DNA of 37,167 nt from Thermoplasmata archaeon (GTDB taxonomy: Archaea; Thermoplasmatota; Thermoplasmata; Sysuiplasmatales; Sysuiplasmataceae), in the NCBI GenBank assembly GCA_021796175.1, contig JAJYOM010000001.1, forward strand, positions 1 to 37,167, in the 5' to 3' direction. This document shows positions 25,508-34,282 of this stretch, in pieces. Numbering within the stretch: the stretch's first letter is position 1; each line of letters begins with the position of its first letter. A program made the translations under genes and the position numbers. Below the pieces are notes generated by a model. The model saw only the letters and a list, made by a program, of their open reading frames with translations. It was not told the DNA's origin and ran no database searches.

Positions 25508-25710
25508 ACTACGGGAAGATGAATCTACTGATAATCATAGGAGGAATGCTGCTCCTGGCAATTGCCTCACCTCTGTTCGCCTTTTACAATCTGTTCCCCA
25601 GGATTAATAATCAGATTGGACCCCACCAGTTGTCGAGCTGGGTTGCACTCCTTATTGGTTTCATAGGATTTGTAATGATAATTTACGGCTCCGCCAGACA
25701 CAACATCTGA
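25504..25710 (+). CDS. Small 2-TM membrane protein (68 aa), candidate accessory subunit
   Basis: The ATG overlaps the previous stop (ATGA 25504-25507). NLLIIIGGMLLLAIASPLFAF...WVALLIGFIGFVMIIYG. Confidence 0.55.
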   Translation: MNYGKMNLLIIIGGMLLLAIASPLFAFYNLFPRINNQIGPHQLSSWVALLIGFIGFVMIIYGSARHNI

Positions 25711-25835
25711 AACGTATCCGAAACTGTCAATGATGAATCCCCCTCCAAGTTCATGAACAACCTGATTTCTTCTCAGGATTGCGAGCGTCAGCAGCACGTC
25801 TCAGCTGACAGGCAGTCGCCACTCTCCCGTAAATC

Positions 25836-25844
25836 TTTAATAAA
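25836..25844 (+). promoter_or_regulatory. TATA-like box (TTTAATAAA) for the M20 hydrolase gene
   Basis: Located 21-29 nt upstream of ATG 25865. Confidence 0.4.
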
Positions 25845-25864
25845 CTCACCCCTTCTCCATCAGT

Positions 25865-27037
25865 ATGGCTGTGGAGGAGAAAAAAATGAAATTTGAACCG
25901 TGGCCAGTAGCACTGAAGATCCATGAGCTGGCGGAAGTGGGCAGCAGCGAATTCAAATCTTCCGAATTCCTGAAGGAGGTGCTGAAGTCGAATGGTTTCT
26001 CTGTTGTCGACAGTTACCTCGGCATACCGACTTCTTTCAGGGCTGAAAAGTCTGTGGGAAATGGAGGACCGACTATCGCCTTCCTTGCAGAATACGATGC
26101 GCTGCTCGGCATTGGCCACGCCTGCGGCCACAATCTGATCGCGTCAGCAGCTGTCTTTTCGGCTGTTGAATCTACTAAGAAAATCAAGAACGGCAAGATT
26201 GTTGTTATCGGTACTCCTGATGAGGAGGGAACAGGCGAATTCGCCGGATCTAAGATCCTGATTGCAAATAAGAAAGGATTCAAAAACATCGATCTCGTAC
26301 TAGGCTCACATCCTTCAGCCGAATGGAGCGTTGGCAAGAACTCACTTGCAGTGCAGGATGTAGAGGTCGTTTTCCACGGTGTCTCAGCGCATGCAGCGGC
26401 CACTCCCGAGAAGGGGAAGAGCGCACTTGACGCTGCCATCCTCACCTTCATGGCCGTGGACATGATGCGAAAGCATTTCAGGCGTGATGCAAACGCTGTG
26501 ATACACGGGGTTATGCGCGAGGGAGGGCAGGCATCCAACGTGACACCAGACAGGGCAGTACTTGTTTATGGAATCAGATCTTCCGATCTCAAATACCACG
26601 CAAAGATGCTTGAGCGATTCAAGAAGATTGTTAAAGGATGCGCTATAGCCACGGATACAACATACGAGCTGAAATTCATTGGGCCGCTCTTCACCCCCGG
26701 CAAGGTGAACAGGCCCCTCGCAAACAGCATCAGGCAGAGGTTGCTCACCAGGGGGGTGAAAATGATCAGTGTCGAGGAGGCGGAGAGAACCATACCCAGG
26801 GGTTCTACAGACTTCGCGAATGTTTCACAGGTCGTTCCAGCTCTGGAGCTTTCCTTCAAGATCGCTCCGAAAGACACACCGTGGCACTCCCAGCTTTCGC
26901 TTGAGGCAGCGGTGTCGGAAGATGCGAAGAAGGCATTGGTCACGGTCATTGAGGTGCTCTCGGACACTGCACGTGACTTTGCAGAAGACAGGAATTTCAG
27001 AGATAGCATACTCGGGGACTTCAACAGAAAAGAATGA
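25865..27037 (+). CDS. M20-family metallo-amidohydrolase/peptidase (AbgB/amidohydrolase-like)
   Basis: Metal-site motif GIGHACGHNLIA, GTPDEEGTGE, VFHGVSAHAAATPEKGKSALDA; 390 aa. Confidence 0.85.
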   Translation: MAVEEKKMKFEPWPVALKIHELAEVGSSEFKSSEFLKEVLKSNGFSVVDSYLGIPTSFRAEKSVGNGGPTIAFLAEYDALLGIGHACGHNLIASAAVFSAVESTKKIKNGKIVVIGTPDEEGTGEFAGSKILIANKKGFKNIDLVLGSHPSAEWSVGKNSLAVQDVEVVFHGVSAHAAATPEKGKSALDAAILTFMAVDMMRKHFRRDANAVIHGVMREGGQASNVTPDRAVLVYGIRSSDLKYHAKMLERFKKIVKGCAIATDTTYELKFIGPLFTPGKVNRPLANSIRQRLLTRGVKMISVEEAERTIPRGSTDFANVSQVVPALELSFKIAPKDTPWHSQLSLEAAVSEDAKKALVTVIEVLSDTARDFAEDRNFRDSILGDFNRKE

Positions 27038-27056
27038 CAACTGACCGAACCGACAC

Positions 27057-28007
27057 TCAGTAGAGGTGACACGCGACAAAATGGCCCTTCTCCGCTTCGT
27101 GAAGTTCAGGCTCCTCCTCCTCGCACTTCTGCATGGCGAAGATGCACCTGTCCCTGAACTGGCATCCTCTTAGCTGGCCCGTGGCGCTCCTCATAGTGCC
27201 CTTGATATCCACCTTCTTCTCGACAACTTTTCCGAGGGACGGGATTGCCTGTATGAGCGCCTTTGTGTACGGGTGAAGAGGTTTCTCAACAATCCTGTCC
27301 GTCCTCCCCTCCTCAACTATCTTGCCGAGATAGAGAACGCCTGTCCGGTCGCTCGCGTAATATGCAGTCGATATATCGTGAGAGATGAGCATCATTGATA
27401 TGCCGCGCTCCTTCCTGAGCGCGGCGATCATGTCAAGGAATGAAGCACGCATCGAGGCGTCAAGCATTGACACTGGTTCGTCCGCAACGATAAATTCGGG
27501 CTTCATCACGATTGATCTTGCAATTGCTACCCTCTGCCTCTGCCCCCCGCTCATCTCATGCGGATACCTTGGCAGGAAGTCCTCAGCCGGGATCAGCCCC
27601 ACGGTCCTCAGAGAGTCCAGCACATCATCCATTGTGAAAGGTATCCTGTTGAGCTTGAGCGGCTCTTCTACAATCTGCTTCACATTGAACCTGGGGTTCA
27701 GAGACGAATACGGATCCTGGAAGATTATCTGTACCGTCCTCCTCATGTTCCGCAAAACACTGTTGCCGGATGCAAATATGTCCGAGCCGTCTATCTTGAC
27801 AGAACCCTCAGTTGGTTCCAGCAGGCCCACGACGATTCTGCCGAGTGTTGACTTGCCGCTTCCTGTTTCACCGACGACTGCGTATATCTCACCCCTGTCC
27901 ACTGACATTGTAACGCCGTCGAGTGCCCTGACTACACTGACTCCCCGGCCGGCTCTCCCTTTTTTCCTGTAATGCTTCCTTAAACCGTCTACCTTCAGGA
28001 TTTCCAT
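27057..28007 (-). CDS. Opp/Dpp-type peptide ABC transporter ATP-binding protein (OppF-like)
   Basis: Walker A GETGSGKSTLG, IIFQDPYSSLNP, signature MSGGQRQRVAIARS, Walker B IVADEPVSMLD. C-terminal tail GCQFRDRCIFAMQKC...ACH. Start taken at MEILKVDGL (28007), directly after the OppD-like stop. Confidence 0.9.
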   Translation of the reverse strand: MEILKVDGLRKHYRKKGRAGRGVSVVRALDGVTMSVDRGEIYAVVGETGSGKSTLGRIVVGLLEPTEGSVKIDGSDIFASGNSVLRNMRRTVQIIFQDPYSSLNPRFNVKQIVEEPLKLNRIPFTMDDVLDSLRTVGLIPAEDFLPRYPHEMSGGQRQRVAIARSIVMKPEFIVADEPVSMLDASMRASFLDMIAALRKERGISMMLISHDISTAYYASDRTGVLYLGKIVEEGRTDRIVEKPLHPYTKALIQAIPSLGKVVEKKVDIKGTMRSATGQLRGCQFRDRCIFAMQKCEEEEPELHEAEKGHFVACHLY

Positions 28008-28008
28008 T

Positions 28009-28956
28009 TCAATTACCGTAAAGAGTGCAATATACGTCGTGCTCGCTCTCCACATTCGTCACCGCGTAGCCGTAACTTGCGCACTTTTCAGTGGCCCCGG
28101 AGCAGCGGGGCCTGAATCTGCACCCGGAAGGCGGATTCCTCATATCCACCGGATCTCCAGGTATTGCAGACAGCTTTCTCTTATTGCCGATCGAGGCGAC
28201 CGAATTTATCAGCCCCACAGTGTACGGATGCATTGGCCTGTGCATGATCTGATCGTTCCTTCCGGTTTCGCAGAGCTTTCCGCCGTACATTATGGCTATG
28301 CGATCAGACATTTCGCTCACAAGCGGGAAATCGTGGCTGATGAAAATGACAGTCATATAGAGTCGGCGCTGCAGGGACCTGAGCAGGTTCATGATCTGTA
28401 CCTGTGTTATCACATCCAGCGCGGTGCTCGGCTCGTCGGCTATCAGCACCTTTGGCTGTGTGATTATTGCGGAGGCTATCACAGTCCTCTGCTTCATTCC
28501 GCCGCTGAGTTCATGGGGGTACTTCCTCCATGTCGACGCGTCAAGGCCGACGAGCTCCAGCGTTTCGTGCGCTTTTTGGAGCGCAGCGTCCTTTTCACTC
28601 ATACCGTGGAGCACGAGCGGCTCGGCAACCTGGATGTCTATTCGCATCAGTGGATTGAGCGTATTCATGGCTCCCTGAAACACTAGTGAGAGTTTTGAAC
28701 CCCTCAGCTTTCTGAATTCTCTGTCCGGCATAGAGAGGATATCCTGTCCGTCGAGCAGAACCTGTCCCCCTTCCACAGATCCAGATTTGGGCAGAAGTCT
28801 CATGAGCGCCATAGCAAGGGTGCTCTTGCCGCTTCCCGACTCTCCCACAATGCCGAATATGGAACCGTCCTCAATCCTCAGATTCACGCCCTCGAGCGCC
28901 CTGACTCCACCTTCCTTGCTCCCGTATCTGATACTGAGGTTCGAGATCTCCAGCAT
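28009..28956 (-). CDS. Opp/Dpp-type peptide ABC transporter ATP-binding protein (OppD-like)
   Basis: Walker A GESGSGKSTLA, signature LSGGMKQRTVIASA, Walker B LIADEPSTALD. C-terminal tail GCRFRPRCSGATEKC...YCT. Confidence 0.9.
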   Translation of the reverse strand: MLEISNLSIRYGSKEGGVRALEGVNLRIEDGSIFGIVGESGSGKSTLAMALMRLLPKSGSVEGGQVLLDGQDILSMPDREFRKLRGSKLSLVFQGAMNTLNPLMRIDIQVAEPLVLHGMSEKDAALQKAHETLELVGLDASTWRKYPHELSGGMKQRTVIASAIITQPKVLIADEPSTALDVITQVQIMNLLRSLQRRLYMTVIFISHDFPLVSEMSDRIAIMYGGKLCETGRNDQIMHRPMHPYTVGLINSVASIGNKRKLSAIPGDPVDMRNPPSGCRFRPRCSGATEKCASYGYAVTNVESEHDVYCTLYGN

Positions 28957-28960
28957 TGAC

Positions 28961-29818
28961 TCACTGCCTCTTGAGAATCCTTAGCCTCGGATTGAGTATC
29001 TCCTCAACAGCATATCCTATCAATATGAACCCGAAGATGAGTATGAATATGAAAAAGCCAGGAGGGATGACATAGCTGAGATCACCCGCGTCAAGGGCAC
29101 CTGTGGCGTAGGCTTCGTGTATTATTCCTCCCCAGCTTATGTCGGTAACGTTCCCGACGCCCAGAAAAACAAGCGCTGCCTGTGTGAAAATTGCTGAAGC
29201 AACAGCGAGCATTGCGTTGCCGTAAAGTACTGAAGAAACATTCGGGAATATGTGCCTGAACATGATGTAGAGCGAGCCTGCATTATTCGCCTTCGCCGAT
29301 TCTACAAAGGGCCACTCGCGAATAGAAAGCACCATTGATCTTATTATCCGCGCCGTTGGTGCCCAGCTCAGCATTCCAATCACAAGAATCACGTTGACGG
29401 TGCTTGGACCGAGCAGAGCGGCAATTATTATCATGAAGACAAGTGCTGGTATGACGATGAAGAAGTCCACCACTCTCATTAAGATCTCGTCGATGACGCC
29501 ACCGTAATAACCGCTGAACAATCCCACAATAAGTCCCAGTCCAACCGCAATTGCAGCCGCTGAGATACCCACGATGAGCGATATACGTGCTCCGTAGAAG
29601 TCGAGAGTGAGCAGATCCTGCCCGAGTACATTTGTCCCGAATGGATGTTTGGAACTTGGCGGCAGAAGGAATGCATTCGGGTTTGTGTAAGAAGGGCTGT
29701 ACGGGGTGACATAAGGAGCAAGTATGCCCATAGCCACAAAGATGAGCACAATAATCAGACCGGCCATGCCTTTCTTGTTGTGGAGGAATATCTTCAGGAA
29801 ATGCTGTTCTTCGGTCAT
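28961..29818 (-). CDS. Opp/Dpp-type ABC transporter permease (OppC-like)
   Basis: 285 aa, 6 TM segments, BPD-transporter EAA-like loop FVESAKANNAGSLYIMFRHIFPN. Overlaps the upstream permease gene by 4 nt. Confidence 0.9.
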   Translation of the reverse strand: MTEEQHFLKIFLHNKKGMAGLIIVLIFVAMGILAPYVTPYSPSYTNPNAFLLPPSSKHPFGTNVLGQDLLTLDFYGARISLIVGISAAAIAVGLGLIVGLFSGYYGGVIDEILMRVVDFFIVIPALVFMIIIAALLGPSTVNVILVIGMLSWAPTARIIRSMVLSIREWPFVESAKANNAGSLYIMFRHIFPNVSSVLYGNAMLAVASAIFTQAALVFLGVGNVTDISWGGIIHEAYATGALDAGDLSYVIPPGFFIFILIFGFILIGYAVEEILNPRLRILKRQ

Positions 29819-30789
29819 GAGTATCGTATCCTGGGGTCCAGGAAGCTGTAAAGAACATCGGCAACAACATTTGCCAGCACGATGGCAATTGCAACGACAA
29901 TGAATGCCGCCTGCAGGACAGGATAGTCGCGCGCGTTTATGGAGTCATAGATCAGAAGTCCTACGCCGGGCCAGTTGAAAACCACTTCCGTGAGTACGGC
30001 GCCACCAACAGTCAGGCCAAGGTTGACCGCTATAAGGCTGATCATTGGCAATTCCGCGTTCGGCATTGCATGCCTTCTCATTATGTACGAATCTGTCGCT
30101 CCCTTGCTCCTTGCAAAACTGATGTAGTCCTCATCCAGGACATCAATCAGTGAGTTTCTCATTATGATGGTGAACTGACCGTAGAGCACAAGGGTGAGCG
30201 TTGCAAGCGGAAGTACCATGTGCCTCATCAGATCGAAGAACTGGAAAATGAAATTGCTGTAAGTCTGGCCGAGTGTATACATTCCTGAAACGGGGAGTGA
30301 TGATGAAGCTATTGCCAGCAGTATCAGCATTTCACCGAGCCAGAATGTGGGTATTGAATAGAGAGCCATGGACGTGCCCGTGAGGAAGCCGTCGGTCGCA
30401 GTTCCCCTCCTCCAGGCAGCAATCCTGCCTGTCACAATACCAAGCAGTATTGCGAGCACAGTGGCAGGGACCAGCAGAACAAGGCTGTTAACGAGGGCCG
30501 GGAAAAGCACCTGCGATACAGGAATGCGGTAATTGATCGAGATGCCATAGTTGGCCGTCAGTGAGTTCTTGATGAAAAGAAAGTACTGCTGGTAAAGAGG
30601 CAGGTTGAGGCCGAATTCCCTGTTGAGCGTTGCGACCTGGGCAGGAGTGAGGGCAGGACTGCGATAAAGTATCTCAATCGGGTTACCAGGCATCAGTCGG
30701 AACAGGAAAAAGTCAAAAGTGACGATAATAAAAATGGAAAGGATTGCAAAAGCTACCCTTTTCGCAAGGTAGCTTCTGTACTCATTCAT
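29815..30789 (-). CDS. Opp/Dpp-type ABC transporter permease (OppB-like)
   Basis: 324 aa, N-terminal YLAKRVAFAILSIFIIVTFDFFLFRLMPGNP, EAA-like loop DYISFARSKGATDSYIMRRHAMPNA. Confidence 0.9.
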   Translation of the reverse strand: MNEYRSYLAKRVAFAILSIFIIVTFDFFLFRLMPGNPIEILYRSPALTPAQVATLNREFGLNLPLYQQYFLFIKNSLTANYGISINYRIPVSQVLFPALVNSLVLLVPATVLAILLGIVTGRIAAWRRGTATDGFLTGTSMALYSIPTFWLGEMLILLAIASSSLPVSGMYTLGQTYSNFIFQFFDLMRHMVLPLATLTLVLYGQFTIIMRNSLIDVLDEDYISFARSKGATDSYIMRRHAMPNAELPMISLIAVNLGLTVGGAVLTEVVFNWPGVGLLIYDSINARDYPVLQAAFIVVAIAIVLANVVADVLYSFLDPRIRYS

Positions 30790-30812
30790 AAGGGAGTTTC
30801 ACCACTGTGAGC

Positions 30813-32594
30813 TTACGTCTTCTTCCGTCTCTGCAGGGTGACCACTGTCGCAACAGCGACAATCACAATGACAGCTGCAACTCCTCCAATCAGGTAATAC
30901 GTTGTGCTGCTTGAATTGCTGGAGGCTGGTTTGATGGCCAGCTGCGTGAATGTCATGTAGTCAAGGCCCCCGAACGGCCCGCCAGGATAGTTGGAAGACA
31001 CGTTGGTCAACGTTGAGCTGTACACGTTGATTGCCGACGGCGAGAACAGAGGTATGTATGGCAGCTGCTGTGCAAGTATCTCCTGCATCTGGCCGGAGAT
31101 GGCCTGTGCCTGGGCAACCGATGTCGCGTTAAGGAGCTGAGCCCACAGGTTGTCATAGACTGCATTTGTGAACCCGCTGTCTGAGGTGCCAGTCACTACC
31201 TGGTTGGAGAGGAACACGCTTAGCAATTGCGGAGCACTTTGTATGTTGTCAAACCAGTCCCACAAGTCCATGTCCTGCGTCAGGTTCGGCCAGATGGTTG
31301 AAGCCATGCTGCCAGTGGTCTCAGCCAGGACATTTAACTTTATGCCCACTGCGCTGAGGTTGGTAGCCATGATGTTTGCTGCATCGATCTCAAGGCTGTC
31401 GCCGCTTGGCACGAGCACTGTGTAGGAGAGCTTCTGTGAAGTATTGCTCGCATTCTCCCTTATGCCGTTTGCGTAAGTTGTGAATCCTGAATCGTTGAGC
31501 AGTTTGTTGGCAAGCGGGACATTATAGGAATACTTTGTCAGATTGGAAAGATAGTAACTGTTGGTGGGACTAAGGACTGAATCCAGCGTTGTTGCATATC
31601 CGTGATAGACTGTCTGGGCTATATACGTGAGATTCAAAGCATGAGCAATAGCCTGCCGCACAGCAAGGTTTCTCAAAGTAGGGTTTCCATGTCCGTATGG
31701 AGCGACGTTAATTGACAGATAGAAGTACTCTATGCTTGGACTGGTCGTGACAATGAATTTGCTGTTGCCCTGGAAGCTTGCGACGTCCGCTGGAAGGATT
31801 CCAGTGAGACCGCCGATCTGGCCGGACTCAAGCGACGACACAGCTGAACTCTGACTAGTGAACTCCTGGAAAATTACTGAACTTATCGAGGGCATCTCCG
31901 ACTTGATGAAGAACTTCGGATTCTTGTCTATCTGGGCGTACTGGTTGGGCACGTAATTTGTCAGAACGAAGGGACCGTCCCCCACAAAGTACTGGCTGCC
32001 AGTCTGGTTGTAACCGGCATAAGTGCTTGCATTCACAGTGTCCCACACATGTGAAGGCACCACGAAGATGTAAGCGGCCCACATGGTCCACAGAACACCC
32101 GAGAAAGTGAACATCACAGTGTGGGCGCCGAGTGCCTTAACACTGCTGATTGCTGACACATAGGATGCCACGAAACTGTAATTCTGGGCTGCTATGTTGT
32201 AGGAATAAACCACATCCGCAGAAGTTACAGGAACACCGTCGGACCACACCGCTGAAGGGTTCAAGTGGAAAATTACAGTTTGGTTCGCATAGTTGACATC
32301 CCAGGAGCTTGCAAGAGCGGGCTGGATCGATTTGTTGGCCGCATTGTAGATTACCAGTGTCAGATACACGTTCATGTTAATCCAGCCGGTCAACTCTGAA
32401 TAGGACAGGTATGGGTTCAATGTGTCTATGTAAGTTCCGAACCAGCCGACCTTCACGGTCTGGTTGGTTGCCACACTGGCGGTCGCCGTTCGGGTTGATG
32501 ATCCCATCACCGACTGGCCAATCACTGCCATCGAAGAAAAGATCATTATTGTCGCCAGCATCATGCTTATAAAAATTACTCTCCCCTTCACCAT
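30813..32594 (-). CDS. Family-5 (Opp/Dpp-type) solute-binding protein with N-terminal signal and C-terminal Ser/Thr linker + TM anchor
   Basis: WSDGVPVTSADVVYSYN-type family-5 core. C-terminus ...PASSNSSSTTYYLIGGVAAVIVIVAVATVVTLQRRKKT. I prefer ATG 32594 (MVKGRVIF...) because TTATATA lies 25-31 nt upstream. The track start 32612 is only 7 nt from that box. Confidence 0.85.
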   Translation of the reverse strand: MVKGRVIFISMMLATIMIFSSMAVIGQSVMGSSTRTATASVATNQTVKVGWFGTYIDTLNPYLSYSELTGWINMNVYLTLVIYNAANKSIQPALASSWDVNYANQTVIFHLNPSAVWSDGVPVTSADVVYSYNIAAQNYSFVASYVSAISSVKALGAHTVMFTFSGVLWTMWAAYIFVVPSHVWDTVNASTYAGYNQTGSQYFVGDGPFVLTNYVPNQYAQIDKNPKFFIKSEMPSISSVIFQEFTSQSSAVSSLESGQIGGLTGILPADVASFQGNSKFIVTTSPSIEYFYLSINVAPYGHGNPTLRNLAVRQAIAHALNLTYIAQTVYHGYATTLDSVLSPTNSYYLSNLTKYSYNVPLANKLLNDSGFTTYANGIRENASNTSQKLSYTVLVPSGDSLEIDAANIMATNLSAVGIKLNVLAETTGSMASTIWPNLTQDMDLWDWFDNIQSAPQLLSVFLSNQVVTGTSDSGFTNAVYDNLWAQLLNATSVAQAQAISGQMQEILAQQLPYIPLFSPSAINVYSSTLTNVSSNYPGGPFGGLDYMTFTQLAIKPASSNSSSTTYYLIGGVAAVIVIVAVATVVTLQRRKKT

Positions 32595-32618
32595 ATTTGC
32601 CTGCACTGGCATAATCGC

Positions 32619-32625
32619 TATATAA
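32619..32625 (-). promoter_or_regulatory. TATA box (TTATATA on - strand) of the Opp operon
   Basis: Located 25-31 nt upstream of ATG 32594. Confidence 0.45.
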
Positions 32626-33352
32626 CACTTTTTGTCAGTGAGGAAAATTTGTAATCGGCCAGCCTGCTGAAAACAGATAATATCTGCCGAATAATGATCG
32701 GCACAGCCTCCATTAACAGCGGCTATTCCATACGGATGATACCCTGCGCAGTTTTCGATAGTCTTTGATCATATCAATCTTCTTCACCATCATCGATCTT
32801 ATTGTCCCTCGCGTCGTCTTGTTGGTGCCATCTATTTCCCTCCTGCCTAACAGGAATAATTTGTCTGTGACTGCGAAAAGCGATCTGACAGATAATGGGC
32901 ACTCCCCACGCTTGATCTCGAAAAACTTTAACCCGTGTTTTACCCCAAACCCGGCTTGATTCGATAAAGTAAATCGATATACACGCAGCACATCACGGCT
33001 TCAGGGTTATCCAGAACCTCATTCTTTCCTCCCTATCCGAGTGGTTCGGGTTCTCTTCGCTGGAAACTCTAATCAGTGCATCGCTTGTACAGGCATAATG
33101 TGCTGTGTGGCTGCCGTTTAGTTCCGGCGCTTTCTCACGGGAAGTTTATGGAGGTAAAGACGGAGACGAGAAACAGACAGCGACAGCTTACTTCGGAGGT
33201 TCAGATGCTCAAGACTAAAATATCGGTTAAGCAAATCTTGGCATTGGAAAAAGGGCAGTATTGATTATCATAAGAAGAGAAACAGAAGAAGGAATTGATG
33301 CATTTAACGTATGCAGGCTGCAGAAGTCGGATTATACCGTTTTCCCGGGCTA

Positions 33353-33886
33353 ATGACAATGTCTATGCTAAATAACTTCAGGTACGACATGCTCATTGTC
33401 GCTGTTGTTTTACTCGTGGCTGCCACCGCGCTGTACTTTGTACCAGTATCGACAAAAACGGCGCTCGCGGGAACTCAGTTTGCCACCACCAGTCGACCGG
33501 ACTGGCTGAGTGCTGGCGAGCTGTATCTTCCTGCTGGTGACTCGCTCATATGTACATACAGCTCGGACCTGCCGGTGCAGATTGGATTTGCGCAGTCATC
33601 TGTGTGGGTCGCTTTTCAGAATGGATCGTCGGGATCCCCTGGCCTCGTTGCTTCCGGGAACGGGGAGTACGGGACTTTCAGCATATCAGCCAACACGGGC
33701 GAATCGCTGTTCCTCGTGGGCAACTGGTCTCCCTCCATCACCCCGGTGCTGACCATCACCATAACCGCTCTGGACGCCCATGGCTATTCTTCATACGCCG
33801 CACTGCTCTTCGTTGCCGGAGGCGGAGTGTTTGCAGCCTCGCTTACATACGAAACAGTGAGGAAGAGGTTCAGAAAGCAAATATGA
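33353..33886 (+). CDS. Hypothetical bitopic protein: N-terminal TM, Ser/Gly/Thr-rich probable extracellular beta domain, C-terminal TM + basic tail
   Basis: DMLIVAVVLLVAATALYF ... YAALLFVAGGGVFAASLTYETVRKRFRKQI. In-frame ATGs at 33311, 33353, 33359 and 33365. An ATTATAC box at 33331-33337 favours 33359 or 33365. Confidence 0.5.
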   Translation: MTMSMLNNFRYDMLIVAVVLLVAATALYFVPVSTKTALAGTQFATTSRPDWLSAGELYLPAGDSLICTYSSDLPVQIGFAQSSVWVAFQNGSSGSPGLVASGNGEYGTFSISANTGESLFLVGNWSPSITPVLTITITALDAHGYSSYAALLFVAGGGVFAASLTYETVRKRFRKQI

Positions 33887-34262
33887 TGACCCCGCACACT
33901 ACATACAGGAGGCCCAGCCCGATATATATGCCCATGAGTTTCACCTGCTGCTTGTATATGTGGTTCATGTCAATTTCGGTTATGCGGAAATGGTTGTCAA
34001 TCAACTCCATGACGTACCCTTTCGCACCGAAGTCGTAGAACGCGCCGAAGAACATTACCGAAATGCCCGAAATTACGAGAACATCTGGCATAACAGTCGA
34101 ATAGTGGAAGATGCCAAGGTACGAGAAAGGAAGCGGGAGAACAAGCAACGCACCGAGCAGCAGGAGAGGGTAGGCGGCGTAGGTGAATATCGCTTCCCTG
34201 CTGAGCCTGAGATTGCGTGCCTGAGCCATTTCATCTTCGGCAGGCTCCTCACTGACTTCCAT
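33870..34262 (-). CDS. Hypothetical membrane protein (130 aa, about 3-4 TM segments) with acidic N-terminus
   Basis: MEVSEEPAEDEMAQ..., then hydrophobic segments PLLLLGALLVLPLPF, VLVISGISVMFFGAF, LMGIYIGLGLLYVVCGVIIFAF. The 3' end overlaps ORF 33353-33886 by 17 nt. Confidence 0.5.
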   Translation of the reverse strand: MEVSEEPAEDEMAQARNLRLSREAIFTYAAYPLLLLGALLVLPLPFSYLGIFHYSTVMPDVLVISGISVMFFGAFYDFGAKGYVMELIDNHFRITEIDMNHIYKQQVKLMGIYIGLGLLYVVCGVIIFAF

Positions 34263-34282
34263 GCAATTGTATATCAGCCTGC

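Noticed and set aside
25730-25808. Possible C/D-box sRNA: ATGATGA (25730-25736), CTGA (25762-25765 and 25805-25808), with a flanking CTGTCA/TGACAG inverted repeat.
   Set aside because: The box spacing is wrong (26 nt from C to the putative D', no C' box, about 79 nt overall). The flanking repeat would pair using D-box nucleotides rather than forming a terminal stem outside the k-turn.
27385-28686. Long antisense ORFs (195 aa at 27385-27972 and 215 aa at 28039-28686) opposite the OppF/OppD-like genes; similar ones at 34377-35222 (281 aa) and 10126-10503.
   Set aside because: The sense strand carries complete Walker A, signature and Walker B motifs. The antisense products are Ser/Pro/Arg/Leu-rich with no motifs. 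These are shadow ORFs, as commonly seen opposite ABC ATPase genes.
29283-29900. 205-aa same-strand alternative-frame ORF spanning the OppB/OppC-like junction.
   Set aside because: It is out of frame with two well-formed permease genes. It is rich in Cys, His and Arg, which is typical of off-frame translation.
32713-32991. 92-aa GTG-initiated ORF in the Opp upstream gap; considered as a regulator or transposase remnant.
   Set aside because: No recognisable motif, no TATA-like box at the right distance, and an odd composition. It is kept only as part of the gap finding.
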